64,000 nt of DNA, from NCBI GenBank assembly GCA_036278735.1, contig DASUKM010000005.1:3012-67011 (forward strand). The letters are read 5' to 3'. The stretch is from Vicinamibacterales bacterium (GTDB taxonomy: Bacteria > Acidobacteriota > Vicinamibacteria > Vicinamibacterales > 2-12-FULL-66-21). Below the pieces are notes generated by a model. The model was given only the letters and a program-made list of their open reading frames with translations, was not told the DNA's origin and ran no database searches. Below, piece by piece: positions 27,127-36,892 of the stretch (its first letter is position 1; every line of letters begins with the position of its first letter). Made by a program: the position numbers and the translations under genes.

Positions 27127-27707
27127 CAGACGTGCTCGCCGACGCGCCGCTCCGTGCCCGAGGCGAGCCGCATGAGGTTGGCGCGATGGCGGAACAGGAT
27201 CAGGGCGGCGACGCCCGCCGCCGCCAGCAGCACCGGCGCGGACGCGCCGGACCACCACACGATCGACGGCAGCGTAATGCTCGCGATCACCGAGCCGAGC
27301 GACACGACGCGCGTGATCCAGACGGTCGCCAGGAACAGACACGCCGCGACGCCCGTGGCGATCGGCGCGAGCACCGTGAACACGCCGGCCGCGACCGCCA
27401 CTCCCTTCCCGCCATGGAAGCGGAGCCACACGGGATACACGTGTCCCACGACCGCGGCGGCCCCGACGGCCGCCGTTGCCGCGGCGCCGGCCGTCACACT
27501 CTGCGCGATCAGCACGGCAATGAGCCCCTTCGCGACATCGAGGGCCATCACGGCTACCCCGAGCGAACGCGAGGTCGTACGCAGGACGTTGGCGGCGCCG
27601 ACGTTGCCGCTGCCGCTGACGCGGACGTCGATGCCGGCCCGCCGCGCGAGCAGGAAGGCAAACGGCACCGACCCGGCCGCATAGCCGAACAGGATCCAGG
27701 AAACCAT
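27126..27707 (-). CDS. plsY: Glycerol-3-phosphate acyltransferase
   Basis: GYAAGSVPFAFLL...SGNVGAANV... The stop shares 1 nt with the gpsA ATG. Confidence 0.9.
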   Translation of the reverse strand: MVSWILFGYAAGSVPFAFLLARRAGIDVRVSGSGNVGAANVLRTTSRSLGVAVMALDVAKGLIAVLIAQSVTAGAAATAAVGAAAVVGHVYPVWLRFHGGKGVAVAAGVFTVLAPIATGVAACLFLATVWITRVVSLGSVIASITLPSIVWWSGASAPVLLAAAGVAALILFRHRANLMRLASGTERRVGEHV

Positions 27708-27731
27708 CGAAGCGCTCTCCCCAGCAGAGTA

Positions 27732-28313
27732 CTACAACCGTTCGAAGGGAAGGCGCGTCAGGGGATGGTAGGCGGCGCCGTGCGGCGACAGGCGGCTCTC
27801 GAACAGTGTCGCGCCGCTCACGCGGCCGCAGCCGAGGTGCGCGGGGGTCTCGGCGAGGAGGGCCCGAACGGCCGGACCTTCTCCGCGCGCAACGCTCTTC
27901 ACGCGCGCCAGCGTCAGATGGGCGCTGAACGGCCGGGCCTCGGGCGCATATCCCAGCGGCGCGAGCCGCTCATCGCAACGCTCGTGCAGGGCGCGCAATC
28001 CGGCGCTCCCTTCGCGTACGCCGATCCAGAACACGCGCGGCGCGCCCGAGGCGGGAAACGCACCCGCGCCGGCCAGACACAGCTCGAAGGACTCGATCGG
28101 CAGCGGGGCGGATAGGGCGGCGATCAGAGCTGGCGCGCGATCGTCGGGAACATGCCCGATGAACCGCACCGTCAGATGCCAGTTGGCGGGATCGACCCAC
28201 CGCGCGTCCAGGCGCACGCGCGCGCGACGCAGCCGGTCGCGGAGATCCGCTGCCGCCACGTCCGCCCGCTGCCGCATCCCCGGCTCGAGCGGCACGGCCA
28301 CGAACAGCCGCAT
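27732..28313 (-). CDS. thpR: RNA 2',3'-cyclic phosphodiesterase (2H phosphoesterase, LigT/ThpR)
   Basis: MRLFVAV..., with two H-x-T-x motifs (HLTVRF, HLTLAR). Confidence 0.8.
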   Translation of the reverse strand: MRLFVAVPLEPGMRQRADVAAADLRDRLRRARVRLDARWVDPANWHLTVRFIGHVPDDRAPALIAALSAPLPIESFELCLAGAGAFPASGAPRVFWIGVREGSAGLRALHERCDERLAPLGYAPEARPFSAHLTLARVKSVARGEGPAVRALLAETPAHLGCGRVSGATLFESRLSPHGAAYHPLTRLPFERL

Positions 28314-29590
28314 CAGCGCTCGAGCAGCCGGCGGACGCGGTCGAGCGCCGCCTGCGACGCCTGCAGCTTGATCAGCGCGCGTCCCTCCGCTCCGCCGATG
28401 AAGCGGAACGTGTGCACGTAGGCGGGGGCATCAGGGACCACGACCGCGATCGCGACCGTCCCGACCGGCTTCTCCGGGGTGCCGCCGCCGGGTCCCGCGA
28501 TGCCGGTGATCCCGACCCCTACGCCAGCTCCCGTGCGCCCCCGGATGCCTTCCGCCATCGCCATCGCCACCGGTTCGCTCACGGCGCCGAAGCGTTCGAT
28601 CGACTCCGGCGCGACACCGAGCCATGAGGTCTTCGCGGCATTGTCGTACGCCACGACGGCGCTGTGCACGTACGCCGAACTCCCGGGGACGTCGGTCAAC
28701 CGCGAAGTGAACAGTCCGCCGGTGCACGACTCGGCCGCGGCAATCGTGAGACCACGCGCGCGCAGCCGGTCGCCGACGACTTCCTCGAGCCGGCGGCCGT
28801 CGATGCTGTAGACGTCGGCGCCGAGCACGGCGACGAGGTCCGCGACGGCGGCATCCAGCCGCTCCCGCGCGTCGGCCTCGCTTCGATCGCGCGTCGAGAG
28901 ATGCAACTCCACCTGCCCCGGGGACGCGAGAATCGTCGTCGCGATGGGGCGGACGGCGTCACTCCATCGGCGATAGACGGGGGCGGCGCGCTGATCGACG
29001 TCCGATTCCCCTCGCCCGGCGATGAACAACGAGGCGCGATACACGCGTTGGTCGCCGGCATACCGCGACAACGGGCCGGCGCACAGCGCGTCGAACATCG
29101 GCTGCAATTCGCGCGGTGGTCCCGGCAGCAGCACGACCACCCGTTCGCCGTGCTCGATCATCAGCCCCGGCGCCGACCCATTCGGGTTGGCCAGCACCGT
29201 CGCGCCGCGCGGCACCATCGCCTGACGGCGGTTGATCGGCGGCATGACGGCGCCGCGTCGCGCGAAGCGCTTCTCCAGCTCGGCGACGATCGCCGGCTCC
29301 TCCGCCATCGGCAGCCCGAGCACGTCCGACACGACCTCGCGCGTCAGATCGTCGTCGGTCGGACCAAGCCCTCCCGTCAATACGATCAGGTCGGCGCGAT
29401 CGCACGCCTGACGGAAGACCTCCGCCATGTCGCCGCGGTCGTCGCCGACGACGCTCTTGACGCGCAGGGCGATCCCGAGCGACCCCAGACGATCCGAGAG
29501 GAAGAGCGAGTTCGTGTCGAGCCGATCGGATCCGAGCAGCTCCGAGCCGATCGCGATGACGTCGGCGCGCCGGAGCGGACCGCGATTCAT
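28313..29590 (-). CDS. cinA: CinA-family competence/damage-inducible protein (MoCF-binding plus nicotinamide-nucleotide amidase domains)
   Basis: ATG at 29590 (MNRGPLRRADVIAIGSELL...TNS). The C-terminal AESCTGG motif is present. The upstream part of ORF 28313..30169 is run-through. Confidence 0.85.
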   Translation of the reverse strand: MNRGPLRRADVIAIGSELLGSDRLDTNSLFLSDRLGSLGIALRVKSVVGDDRGDMAEVFRQACDRADLIVLTGGLGPTDDDLTREVVSDVLGLPMAEEPAIVAELEKRFARRGAVMPPINRRQAMVPRGATVLANPNGSAPGLMIEHGERVVVLLPGPPRELQPMFDALCAGPLSRYAGDQRVYRASLFIAGRGESDVDQRAAPVYRRWSDAVRPIATTILASPGQVELHLSTRDRSEADARERLDAAVADLVAVLGADVYSIDGRRLEEVVGDRLRARGLTIAAAESCTGGLFTSRLTDVPGSSAYVHSAVVAYDNAAKTSWLGVAPESIERFGAVSEPVAMAMAEGIRGRTGAGVGVGITGIAGPGGGTPEKPVGTVAIAVVVPDAPAYVHTFRFIGGAEGRALIKLQASQAALDRVRRLLER

Positions 29591-30051
29591 CGGATCAGCC
29601 CGGGCACCAGCCACATCGCGAGGCGCAGCGCGAGGTTCGCGTACACGCCCGCCATCGCATCGTCGGCCATGATGCCCAGGCCCCCGTGGAAGCGCTCGAA
29701 GCGGGATGCGGGATACGGTTTGATGACGTCGAAGATGCGGAACAGCACGAAACCGGCGAGCGCGGCGGACCAGCCGGCGGGGATGAACGCCAGCGTGATC
29801 AACATGCCGAGCACTTCGTCGATCACGACCGGTCCGGGGTCGATCAGTTGGAAGTGCCGCTCGGCGATCGTGCCGGACCAGGTGCCGAGCGCGAAGACGA
29901 CGACGATCAGTCCGACCTCGACGAGACGCGAGTGCGTCCACCACACCAGGAGGTACACGACGAGCCCCGCGGCCGATCCCACGGTGCCAGGGGCGACGGG
30001 AAAGTACCCGCAGAAGACGACCGTCGCGAGAACAACGGCGAGGCGCGTCAC
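29587..30051 (-). CDS. pgpA: Phosphatidylglycerophosphatase A
   Basis: GTG at 30051 overlaps the upstream stop (GTGA). FPVAPGTVGS...DEV.GM...FR.FD..KP. Confidence 0.8.
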   Translation of the reverse strand: MTRLAVVLATVVFCGYFPVAPGTVGSAAGLVVYLLVWWTHSRLVEVGLIVVVFALGTWSGTIAERHFQLIDPGPVVIDEVLGMLITLAFIPAGWSAALAGFVLFRIFDVIKPYPASRFERFHGGLGIMADDAMAGVYANLALRLAMWLVPGLIR

Positions 30052-30992
30052 GCTTTGACGACGCGGGTGCCCGACAGGCGATCGTGCAGCGCGCGGCGAT
30101 CGCGGCCCGCGAGGGCGGCCAGGAATCCAAGACCCGCGGGCAGCACCGACACCGTATAGGCCGCTGCACGCAGGACCGCCTGTTCGACAGGCACGCGCGC
30201 CGGTTCCGGATCGTCCGACTCCGCCGCGACGACGCGGATGCCGGCCGCCATCTTGCCGATGGTCTGTCCGCTCGCGGCGATGAAGGTGACGAAGTAGCCG
30301 CCGTTGAGCAGTACGAGGAACGCCACGAGCGGCACGGCCGGCAGCGCGGCGACCTGCCGCCACGACAGGTCGCAGAGGCGCAGGGTGAAATAGAGGACCG
30401 CCGCGTCGATGCCCGCCGTCAGCGCAAGGTCGATCGCCGCCGCCAGCACTCTCGCGGCGGCGCCGGCGGCCGGGTGAGGGAGCGCCGCGGATTCGTCCGC
30501 CGCCGGTATCGGAATGGATCGGCGAACCGTGTGCTCGACGACCTCCAGATCGAGGCGAGGTTCGTCGGACTCCCGCCTGGCGCGCACGCGCGGAATCGAC
30601 GGCGTGGCGCGGCGAACCGCGAGCGGCGCGCGGGGCGCGGCGTCGGCGCTCACGAGCGGCGCCTCGGAGGCGCCGGTGAACAGCGGCAGGTCCGACGTGC
30701 CGGGAACGGTCGCCGTCGAAGCCGCCGCACGGCCCGGGGCCGGCGCGCCGGACAGGACGGGATCCAGCGAGTCGAAGGACGCCCTGCGTGTCGTGGACGC
30801 GGGCATCTCCTGCAGCGCGAAGTCCGCCATCGGGCCGAGCGGTTCCGTTCCGTTCTGAATCGGCAGATCGTTGCGCGGCAGATCGATCGACAACGAAAAG
30901 TCGTAACCGCAATTGCGGCAGCGATCCCCGCTGTCAAAGCTGATGTACTGGCACTTCGGGCACTTCATCTGGAGTGTCTGGGATCCTCTCAT
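30048..30992 (-). CDS. RDD-family membrane protein with N-terminal zinc ribbon
   Basis: CPKC...CRNC near the N-terminus, a disordered linker, and a C-terminal 3-TM region ending ...ALHDRLSGTRVV (RDD-like). The ATG overlaps the upstream stop. Confidence 0.7.
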   Translation of the reverse strand: MRGSQTLQMKCPKCQYISFDSGDRCRNCGYDFSLSIDLPRNDLPIQNGTEPLGPMADFALQEMPASTTRRASFDSLDPVLSGAPAPGRAAASTATVPGTSDLPLFTGASEAPLVSADAAPRAPLAVRRATPSIPRVRARRESDEPRLDLEVVEHTVRRSIPIPAADESAALPHPAAGAAARVLAAAIDLALTAGIDAAVLYFTLRLCDLSWRQVAALPAVPLVAFLVLLNGGYFVTFIAASGQTIGKMAAGIRVVAAESDDPEPARVPVEQAVLRAAAYTVSVLPAGLGFLAALAGRDRRALHDRLSGTRVVKA

Positions 30993-31795
30993 GGGTGCGG
31001 GACCCGAGCCTCGGCGGCCGCGTGGGCCGCGGTCAGCAGTTCGCGCTGAATGGTCGCGCGCAGTTCGTCAGCCTCCGCCTGCATCGGATCGCCGGGACGC
31101 ACGCTGCCGAGCGCCGCGAGCGCGTCGTGCGGCCGCCCCTTCGCGTGCAGCGCGCGGGCGCGGGCGAGCCACACCTCGGACGGCCCGGGCACGGGCAACG
31201 GTTCCAGCACCGGCGGCGGCGTGGCGCGCGGCACGGCGTCGGCGCCGAACACGCCGGCCGCGCCCAGTACCAGCACCCCCACGGCCCCGGCCGCGAGCCC
31301 CACCCCGAGCACGAACACGAGCGTCGAGAGCGCGGCCCATCGCGGCGATCGAACGCCGGGCACCGCCGAGCGCACCGGATGCCGAACCGGCACCGGGGGC
31401 AGCACCGCGACGTGCTCCGTGGCCGGCGCCAGGCGATCGACCCGCTCGAGCAGCGCGAGCGCTTCCTCCGCAGGGGCGCCGCGCTCGATGGCCGACGTCA
31501 GCAGCCGGCGCGCACTCGCGCTGTCGCCGCGGGCGAACGCGGCGGCCCCCGTCTGCAGCAGTTCTTCGGTCTCGCGCTGCCGCTCGGCCAGCGCCCCGCG
31601 CGCCCGTTCGATATAGGCGCGCGCGCGCGGATGGCTGCGGTCGAGAAACAGCACCCGCGTCCAGACGTTGATCGCCAGTTCGTATTCGCCGCGGAAGTAA
31701 TGATCGAGGCCGGCGAGCAGCATCTCTTCGATCCGCGACTGACGACTCGGCGCCTCGTCGCCGGCTGAATCGTCGTGTCGCAGCGGATCGGACAT
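30989..31795 (-). CDS. Hypothetical membrane-anchored protein with TPR-like N-terminal region
   Basis: ATG at 31795 (MSDPLRHDD...) is preferred. The alternative start at 31840 would lie in repeat-flanking sequence. It has one TM segment (WAALSTLVFVLGVGLAAGAVGVLVLGAAGV). Confidence 0.5.
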   Translation of the reverse strand: MSDPLRHDDSAGDEAPSRQSRIEEMLLAGLDHYFRGEYELAINVWTRVLFLDRSHPRARAYIERARGALAERQRETEELLQTGAAAFARGDSASARRLLTSAIERGAPAEEALALLERVDRLAPATEHVAVLPPVPVRHPVRSAVPGVRSPRWAALSTLVFVLGVGLAAGAVGVLVLGAAGVFGADAVPRATPPPVLEPLPVPGPSEVWLARARALHAKGRPHDALAALGSVRPGDPMQAEADELRATIQRELLTAAHAAAEARVPHP

Positions 31796-31835
31796 GAGCA
31801 AACTGGCGGGATTATGCCACGGTCGCGGCTTTGAC

Positions 31836-32276
31836 GCCACGGATCACGCGGACGGCCACGGACGACACGGAGGCCACGGACACAGGCCACGGATCACACG
31901 GACGGACACGGACACAGGCCACGGATCACACGGACGGACACGGACAAAGGCCACGGATCACACGGACGGACACGGACAAAGGCCACGGATCACACGGACG
32001 GACACGGACACAGGCCACGGATCGCACGGACGGCCACGGACAAAGGCCACGGATCACACGGACGGACACGGACAAAGGCCACGGATCACACGGACGCACA
32101 CGGACACAGGCCACGGCTCGCACGGACGGCGACGGACAAAGGCCACGGATCACACGGACGGACACGGACACAGGCCACGGATCGCACGGACGGCGACGGA
32201 CAAAGGCCACGGATCACACGGACGGCCACGGACGCAGGCCACGGATCACGCGGACGGACACGGACCAACACGACCA
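31836..32276. repeat. Tandem array of about 13.5 units of a 32-bp repeat (GGCCACGGATCACACGGACGGACACGGACAMA)
   Basis: GGCC unit starts at 31885, 31917, 31949, 31981, 32013 and onward give an exact 32-bp period. There are no unique spacers. The array fills the divergent gap between the starts at 31795 (-) and 32325 (+). Confidence 0.95.
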
Positions 32277-32324
32277 AGGGAACCCGAAGAACCCTCTGAA
32301 CCCGTTCCATGTTACAGATCTCCC

Positions 32325-33224
32325 ATGGCCATCATCGAGTGCATCCCCAACGTCAGCGAGGGACGCCGTCCCGAGATCATCGAGCGCCTGGCGGAGGCGA
32401 TCCGCTCGACCGCGGGCGTGCGCCTGCTCGACTACTCGTCCGACGCGTCGCACAACCGGTCGGTCTTTACGCTCGCTGGCGATGCCGGGCCGCTGAAGAC
32501 CGCCATCCTCGCGCTGTTCGACCGTGCCGTCGCGGCGATCGATCTGCGGACGCACCGCGGCGAACATCCCCGGCTCGGCGCGGTGGACGTCGTGCCGTTC
32601 GTCCCGATCGAGGGAACCACGATGGCCGACTGCGTCGCGCTCGCGAAGGACGTGGCGGCCGAGGTCGCCTCGCGCTTCGAGGTGCCTGTCTATCTCTATG
32701 AGGAGGCGTCGGCGAACCCGGCGCGCAAGAACCTCGAAGACATCCGCCGTGGCGAATTCGAAGGCCTGGCCGCGAAGATGGCGCAGGCTGGATGGGCGCC
32801 GGACTATGGTCCGGCGGCGCCGCACGCCACGGCCGGCGCCTCCGTGATCGGCGCGCGCATGCCGCTCATCGCGTACAACATCAACCTGAACACGGACCGC
32901 CTCGACGTCGCGAAGAAGATCGCCGCGGGCATCCGCCACAGCAGCGGCGGATTCCGGTTCGTGAAGGCGGCCGGTTTCAGGCTGGAGGATCGCGGGGTCG
33001 TTCAGGTCTCGATGAACCTCACGAACTACGAGAAGACCCCCATCCATCGCGTGTTCGAAACCGTGAAGCGCGAGGCCGCGCGGTATGGGGTGTCGGTGCT
33101 GGAGAGCGAAATCGTCGGTCTCGTGCCGTCGGCCGCGCTCGTCGGCGCCGCCGAGTTCTACCTGCAGCTCGAACGCTTCGGGGCGGCGCAGGTGCTCGAA
33201 CACAAGCTGCGCGAATCGTCCTGA
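32325..33224 (+). CDS. Glutamate formimidoyltransferase (FtcD N-terminal domain family)
   Basis: ATG at 32325 gives MAIIECIPNVSEGRR...HNRSV.T..G...HPR.GA.DV.PF.P. The upstream 177 aa of ORF 31794..33224 is repeat-derived. Confidence 0.85.
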   Translation: MAIIECIPNVSEGRRPEIIERLAEAIRSTAGVRLLDYSSDASHNRSVFTLAGDAGPLKTAILALFDRAVAAIDLRTHRGEHPRLGAVDVVPFVPIEGTTMADCVALAKDVAAEVASRFEVPVYLYEEASANPARKNLEDIRRGEFEGLAAKMAQAGWAPDYGPAAPHATAGASVIGARMPLIAYNINLNTDRLDVAKKIAAGIRHSSGGFRFVKAAGFRLEDRGVVQVSMNLTNYEKTPIHRVFETVKREAARYGVSVLESEIVGLVPSAALVGAAEFYLQLERFGAAQVLEHKLRESS

Positions 33225-33234
33225 CCCGGCCGTG

Positions 33235-34611
33235 CTACGCCGGTTCTTCTTCCCGGCGGCCGGGGGCGATCCCGAACGCCTTCATCTTTCGGTACAGATT
33301 GCTTCGTTCGACGCCGAGCATCTCGGCGGTGCGCGAGATGTTGCCCTGCTGAATCGCGAGCGCGCGGAGGATGTGTTCCCGCTCGAAGCGGTCGCGCGCC
33401 TCGAGCAGCGGCAGCAGGCGGTCGCCGCTCGCGCCCCCGGCGACGATCGGGACGCCGTCGAGAAACGCCAGATCCGGCAGCCCGACGACGTCGCCCGGCA
33501 CCATGATCATGAGGCGCTCCATCACGTTCCGCAGCTCCCGCACGTTGCCCGGCCATCGGTAGCGCCGCAGGCCCGCGGCGGCCGCCGGGTCGAGGGTCTT
33601 CGGGCGCCGGCCGTACTCGCGCGCGAACTCGGCGATGAAGTGCTCGGCGAGCCGCGTGACGTCGCTCCCGCGCTCGCGCAGCGGGGGCACGAACACGGGG
33701 ATGACGTTCAGCCGGAAGTACAGGTCCTCGCGAAAGCGGCCGGCGCGGATCTCCGCCGGCAGCTCCTTGTTCGTCGCCGCGATGATGCGGACGTCGACGC
33801 GCACGCTGGCCGCGCCGCCCACCGGCTCGACCACCTGTTCCTGCAGCGCGCGCAGCATCTTCGCCTGCGTCTTCAGGCTCATGTCGCCGATTTCGTCGAG
33901 GAACAGCGTCCCGCCGTCGGCCGCCTCGAACTTGCCGCGCCGATCCGCCAGGGCGCCGGTGAAGGCGCCGCGCACGTGGCCGAACAGCTCGCTCTCGATC
34001 AGCTCTTCGGGGATCGCGGCACAATTCACTTCGACGAAGGGGCCGCTGCGCCGCCGGCTCGAGCCGTGCACCGTGCGGGCCACGAGTTCCTTGCCCGTTC
34101 CGTTCTCGCCGTAGATCAGCACGCGCCCGTTCGTCGGGGCCGCCATCGCGATCTGCTCGCGGAGCTGCCCCATCACGTAGCTCTCGCCGACGAGCGTCTG
34201 CCGCCGGTCCACGTGGGCGCGCAGCGCGCGGTTCTCGGCCTCGAGCCGGCGCTGCCGCAGCGCGTTCGACACGACGAGCACCGTCTTCTCGAGCGACAGC
34301 GGCTTCTCGATGAAGTCGAACGCCCCCATCTTGATGGCGCGGACCGCCGATTCGATGTTGCCGTGCCCCGAGATCATCACGACCGGCGCGTCCACCCGCC
34401 GGTCGCGCAGGCGCTGCAGGGTCGCGAGGCCGTCGAGTCCCGGCAGCCAGATGTCGAGCACGATGACGTCGTACGCCTCCCGCGCGACGCGCTCGAGGCA
34501 CGCTTCCCCGCTCTCGGCCGTGTCGACGGCATATCCCTCGTCACGCAGCACGCCGCTCAGCGCCGCCCGCACCCCCGCTTCGTCGTCGACGATCAGCACC
34601 GTGGCCTTCAT
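33235..34611 (-). CDS. Sigma-54-dependent response regulator (NtrC family: REC + AAA+ with GAFTGA + Fis HTH)
   Basis: ATG at 34611 overlaps the kinase stop (ATGA). Motifs: VLIVDDE, GENGTGKE, ESELFGHVRGAFTGA, WPGNVRELRN, and a C-terminal HTH. Confidence 0.9.
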   Translation of the reverse strand: MKATVLIVDDEAGVRAALSGVLRDEGYAVDTAESGEACLERVAREAYDVIVLDIWLPGLDGLATLQRLRDRRVDAPVVMISGHGNIESAVRAIKMGAFDFIEKPLSLEKTVLVVSNALRQRRLEAENRALRAHVDRRQTLVGESYVMGQLREQIAMAAPTNGRVLIYGENGTGKELVARTVHGSSRRRSGPFVEVNCAAIPEELIESELFGHVRGAFTGALADRRGKFEAADGGTLFLDEIGDMSLKTQAKMLRALQEQVVEPVGGAASVRVDVRIIAATNKELPAEIRAGRFREDLYFRLNVIPVFVPPLRERGSDVTRLAEHFIAEFAREYGRRPKTLDPAAAAGLRRYRWPGNVRELRNVMERLMIMVPGDVVGLPDLAFLDGVPIVAGGASGDRLLPLLEARDRFEREHILRALAIQQGNISRTAEMLGVERSNLYRKMKAFGIAPGRREEEPA

Positions 34612-36890
34612 GCGATCTCCGCGGCCGCCGGCGCGGCCCGTACGGCCAGCGGCAGATCGATGATGAACCGGGTGCCCTGCGGATCGTTGTCCCCCACCTC
34701 GATGGCGCCGCCGTGCTCCGCGACAATGCGCCGGACGATCGCCAGCCCGAGGCCGCTGCCGCGCCGTTTCGTCGAGTAATACGGCATGAACAGCTTGTCG
34801 CGATCGGCGGGCGGAATCCCCGGCCCGTTGTCGGCCACGACGACGCGCGCCACGCCGTTCGACGGGTCGTGCCGCGTTTCCACCTGGATGGCCGGCGGCT
34901 GGCCGTCGGGCCGCAACCCGGCGTGCGCGCCGCCGAGCGCCTCCACCGCGTTGTCGATCAGGTTGATGAGCACGCGGCGGATCTGCTCGACGTCGAGCCG
35001 CACGGCCGGCAGCGCGGGCGCCAGCCGCGGTTCGATCCGGATGTCGCGGAACAATCCCTTGTAGAGCGTCAGCGTGTCGGTCAGCAGCGCGTTCAGATCG
35101 ACGGGCGCCGCGCGCGGCGAGGGCATCCGCGCGAACTGCGCGAATTCGTCGACGAGCGCCTTCAGCGATTCCACTTCTCCCACGATCGTCGACGTGCACT
35201 CCTCGACCAGCGCGCCCGTCGGCGGCGGGGCGCCGCCGAAGTGCCGGCGCATCCGTTCGGCGCAGAGCTGGATGGGGGTCAGCGGATTCTTGATCTCGTG
35301 CGCGAGCCGCCGCGCGACGTCGCGCCAGGCCGCCACCCGCTGCGTCCGGATCAACGGCGTCACGTCGTCGAACACGAGCACCGTGCCTTCGAACGTGCCT
35401 TCGCCCGCCACGAGCGCCGTCGCCGCCGCCGCCAGATGCACTTCGCGGCCGTCGCGCGCCAGCGCGATCTCCTGCCCCGCCGGTTCAGCCGAGCCCGTTT
35501 TCACGGAACGCGCGAGCGCGGCGAACGGCTGCAGATCGGCACGCCCGAACACCTCGTCGACGCGGGTGCCGACGACGCCCGGCGCCATGCCGAGCAGCCG
35601 CATGGCGGCCCCATTCATGGTGCTGACGCGCCCGTCGGGCCCGATCGAGACGACGCCGGTCGCGATACGCTCGAGGATCGTCTCGATGTAGCGGCGGCGC
35701 TCGTCGAGCTCGACGTTCTTCCGCTCCAGGTCGTACCGCGAACGTTCGAGCCGTCGCCGGCTCGTGTCCAGTTCCGCCGCCATCGCGTTGAACGCTTCGA
35801 CCAGCGAGCCGAACTCGTCGCGGGTTTCCGCGACAATGCGGTGATCGAGATGGCCGGCGCCGATCTCGCGCGCGCCGGCGGCGAGCATCTGGACCGGACG
35901 CGTGATCCGCTTGGCCAGGTACAACCCGAGCCAGGTGGCGCTGACGAGAATCAGCAGCGTCATCATCAGGAAGAGCGACAAGTACACGCCCTCGAGCGGC
36001 CGCTTCAGCACCCGGAGCTGCGTGTAGTCTTCGTAGGCTTCGGCGATGCGGCGCGAGTGCAGCGCCAGCGCCGCCGGGAGATAGTCGCTGGCCACGACGA
36101 CGCCGATGGGCGCGCCCGAGTGGTCGCGCACCAGCGCGCCGGCACGCACCAGCTCGCCGCCGTCGTCGAGCGGTTCGTGCGCCTGCGTATCGGTGCTGCC
36201 GCCGGCGACGCGCGCCGCGAGGCGATCGGCGGAGGCGCGCAGGTGGCCCCGCGGGAGCGCCGGCGATTCGAGCGCGACGAGCGGCTCGACGTCGGGCTCG
36301 CCGGCCGGGACCGGATGCACCCGGTAGATTTCCAGCATCCCGACGCGCCCCTGCGTCACGTGCGGCTGCGCGGCCGTGCGCAGCGCGTCGACTTCACCCC
36401 CGGCTAGGGCCCCCCGCGGCAACTCGGCCGCGATGCGCTGCGCCTGGCTCGCGACCGTCGCTTCCCGATCGCGATAGAGCGCCCCGGCCACCTCGTTGGC
36501 CGACGTCAGCACCTCCGAGACCGGCGCCGAGAACCAGCGTTCCGTCGTCTTGCGAATCAGTTCGCTGCCGGCGAGCAGGACCAGGACCGAGGGCACGATC
36601 GTCAGCCCGAGGAGCGCCGCCACGAGCTTCAGGCGAAACCGCGAGAAGGGCAGCCCGCGGCGCCGCTCGACCGCGAGCTTGATCAGATTGCGCGCGAGGA
36701 CGAATCCCAGCGCGAGCAGCATCGTGAGGTCCGCGACCGACAGCGCGTACAGCACGACCTCGCTGAGGAAGTCCGGATTGAGCTGCGTGGATCGATCGGC
36801 CAGCGTCACCATCGCGACCAGGCCGATGCCCAGCAGCAGGATGCCGACCAGGATCAGGCGCGGGTTGTCGCGAAAGGGACGGCGCGCCAT
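34608..36890 (-). CDS. NtrY-like sensor histidine kinase (multi-TM, HAMP, PAS, HisKA, HATPase)
   Basis: ATG at 36890. H-box RRLAHEIKNPLTPIQL, N-box INLIDNAVEA, and G-box DNGPGI...GLGLAIV. Confidence 0.85.
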   Translation of the reverse strand: MARRPFRDNPRLILVGILLLGIGLVAMVTLADRSTQLNPDFLSEVVLYALSVADLTMLLALGFVLARNLIKLAVERRRGLPFSRFRLKLVAALLGLTIVPSVLVLLAGSELIRKTTERWFSAPVSEVLTSANEVAGALYRDREATVASQAQRIAAELPRGALAGGEVDALRTAAQPHVTQGRVGMLEIYRVHPVPAGEPDVEPLVALESPALPRGHLRASADRLAARVAGGSTDTQAHEPLDDGGELVRAGALVRDHSGAPIGVVVASDYLPAALALHSRRIAEAYEDYTQLRVLKRPLEGVYLSLFLMMTLLILVSATWLGLYLAKRITRPVQMLAAGAREIGAGHLDHRIVAETRDEFGSLVEAFNAMAAELDTSRRRLERSRYDLERKNVELDERRRYIETILERIATGVVSIGPDGRVSTMNGAAMRLLGMAPGVVGTRVDEVFGRADLQPFAALARSVKTGSAEPAGQEIALARDGREVHLAAAATALVAGEGTFEGTVLVFDDVTPLIRTQRVAAWRDVARRLAHEIKNPLTPIQLCAERMRRHFGGAPPPTGALVEECTSTIVGEVESLKALVDEFAQFARMPSPRAAPVDLNALLTDTLTLYKGLFRDIRIEPRLAPALPAVRLDVEQIRRVLINLIDNAVEALGGAHAGLRPDGQPPAIQVETRHDPSNGVARVVVADNGPGIPPADRDKLFMPYYSTKRRGSGLGLAIVRRIVAEHGGAIEVGDNDPQGTRFIIDLPLAVRAAPAAAEIA

Positions 36891-36892
36891 CC

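Noticed and set aside
31836-32276. Possible CRISPR array, given its regular 32-bp periodicity
   Set aside because: The units are contiguous with no unique spacers and differ only by point changes. No cas genes or leader are present. It is a plain tandem repeat.
31794-32324. N-terminal 177 aa of ORF 31794..33224 and ORFs 31831..32496, 31926..32210 and 32086..32310, which encode TDHTDGHG-type repeats
   Set aside because: They arise from a 32-bp repeat that lacks stop codons in most frames. The 32-aa peptide period is just 3 x 32 nt. The real gene starts at ATG 32325 with the conserved MAIIECIPNVSEGR.
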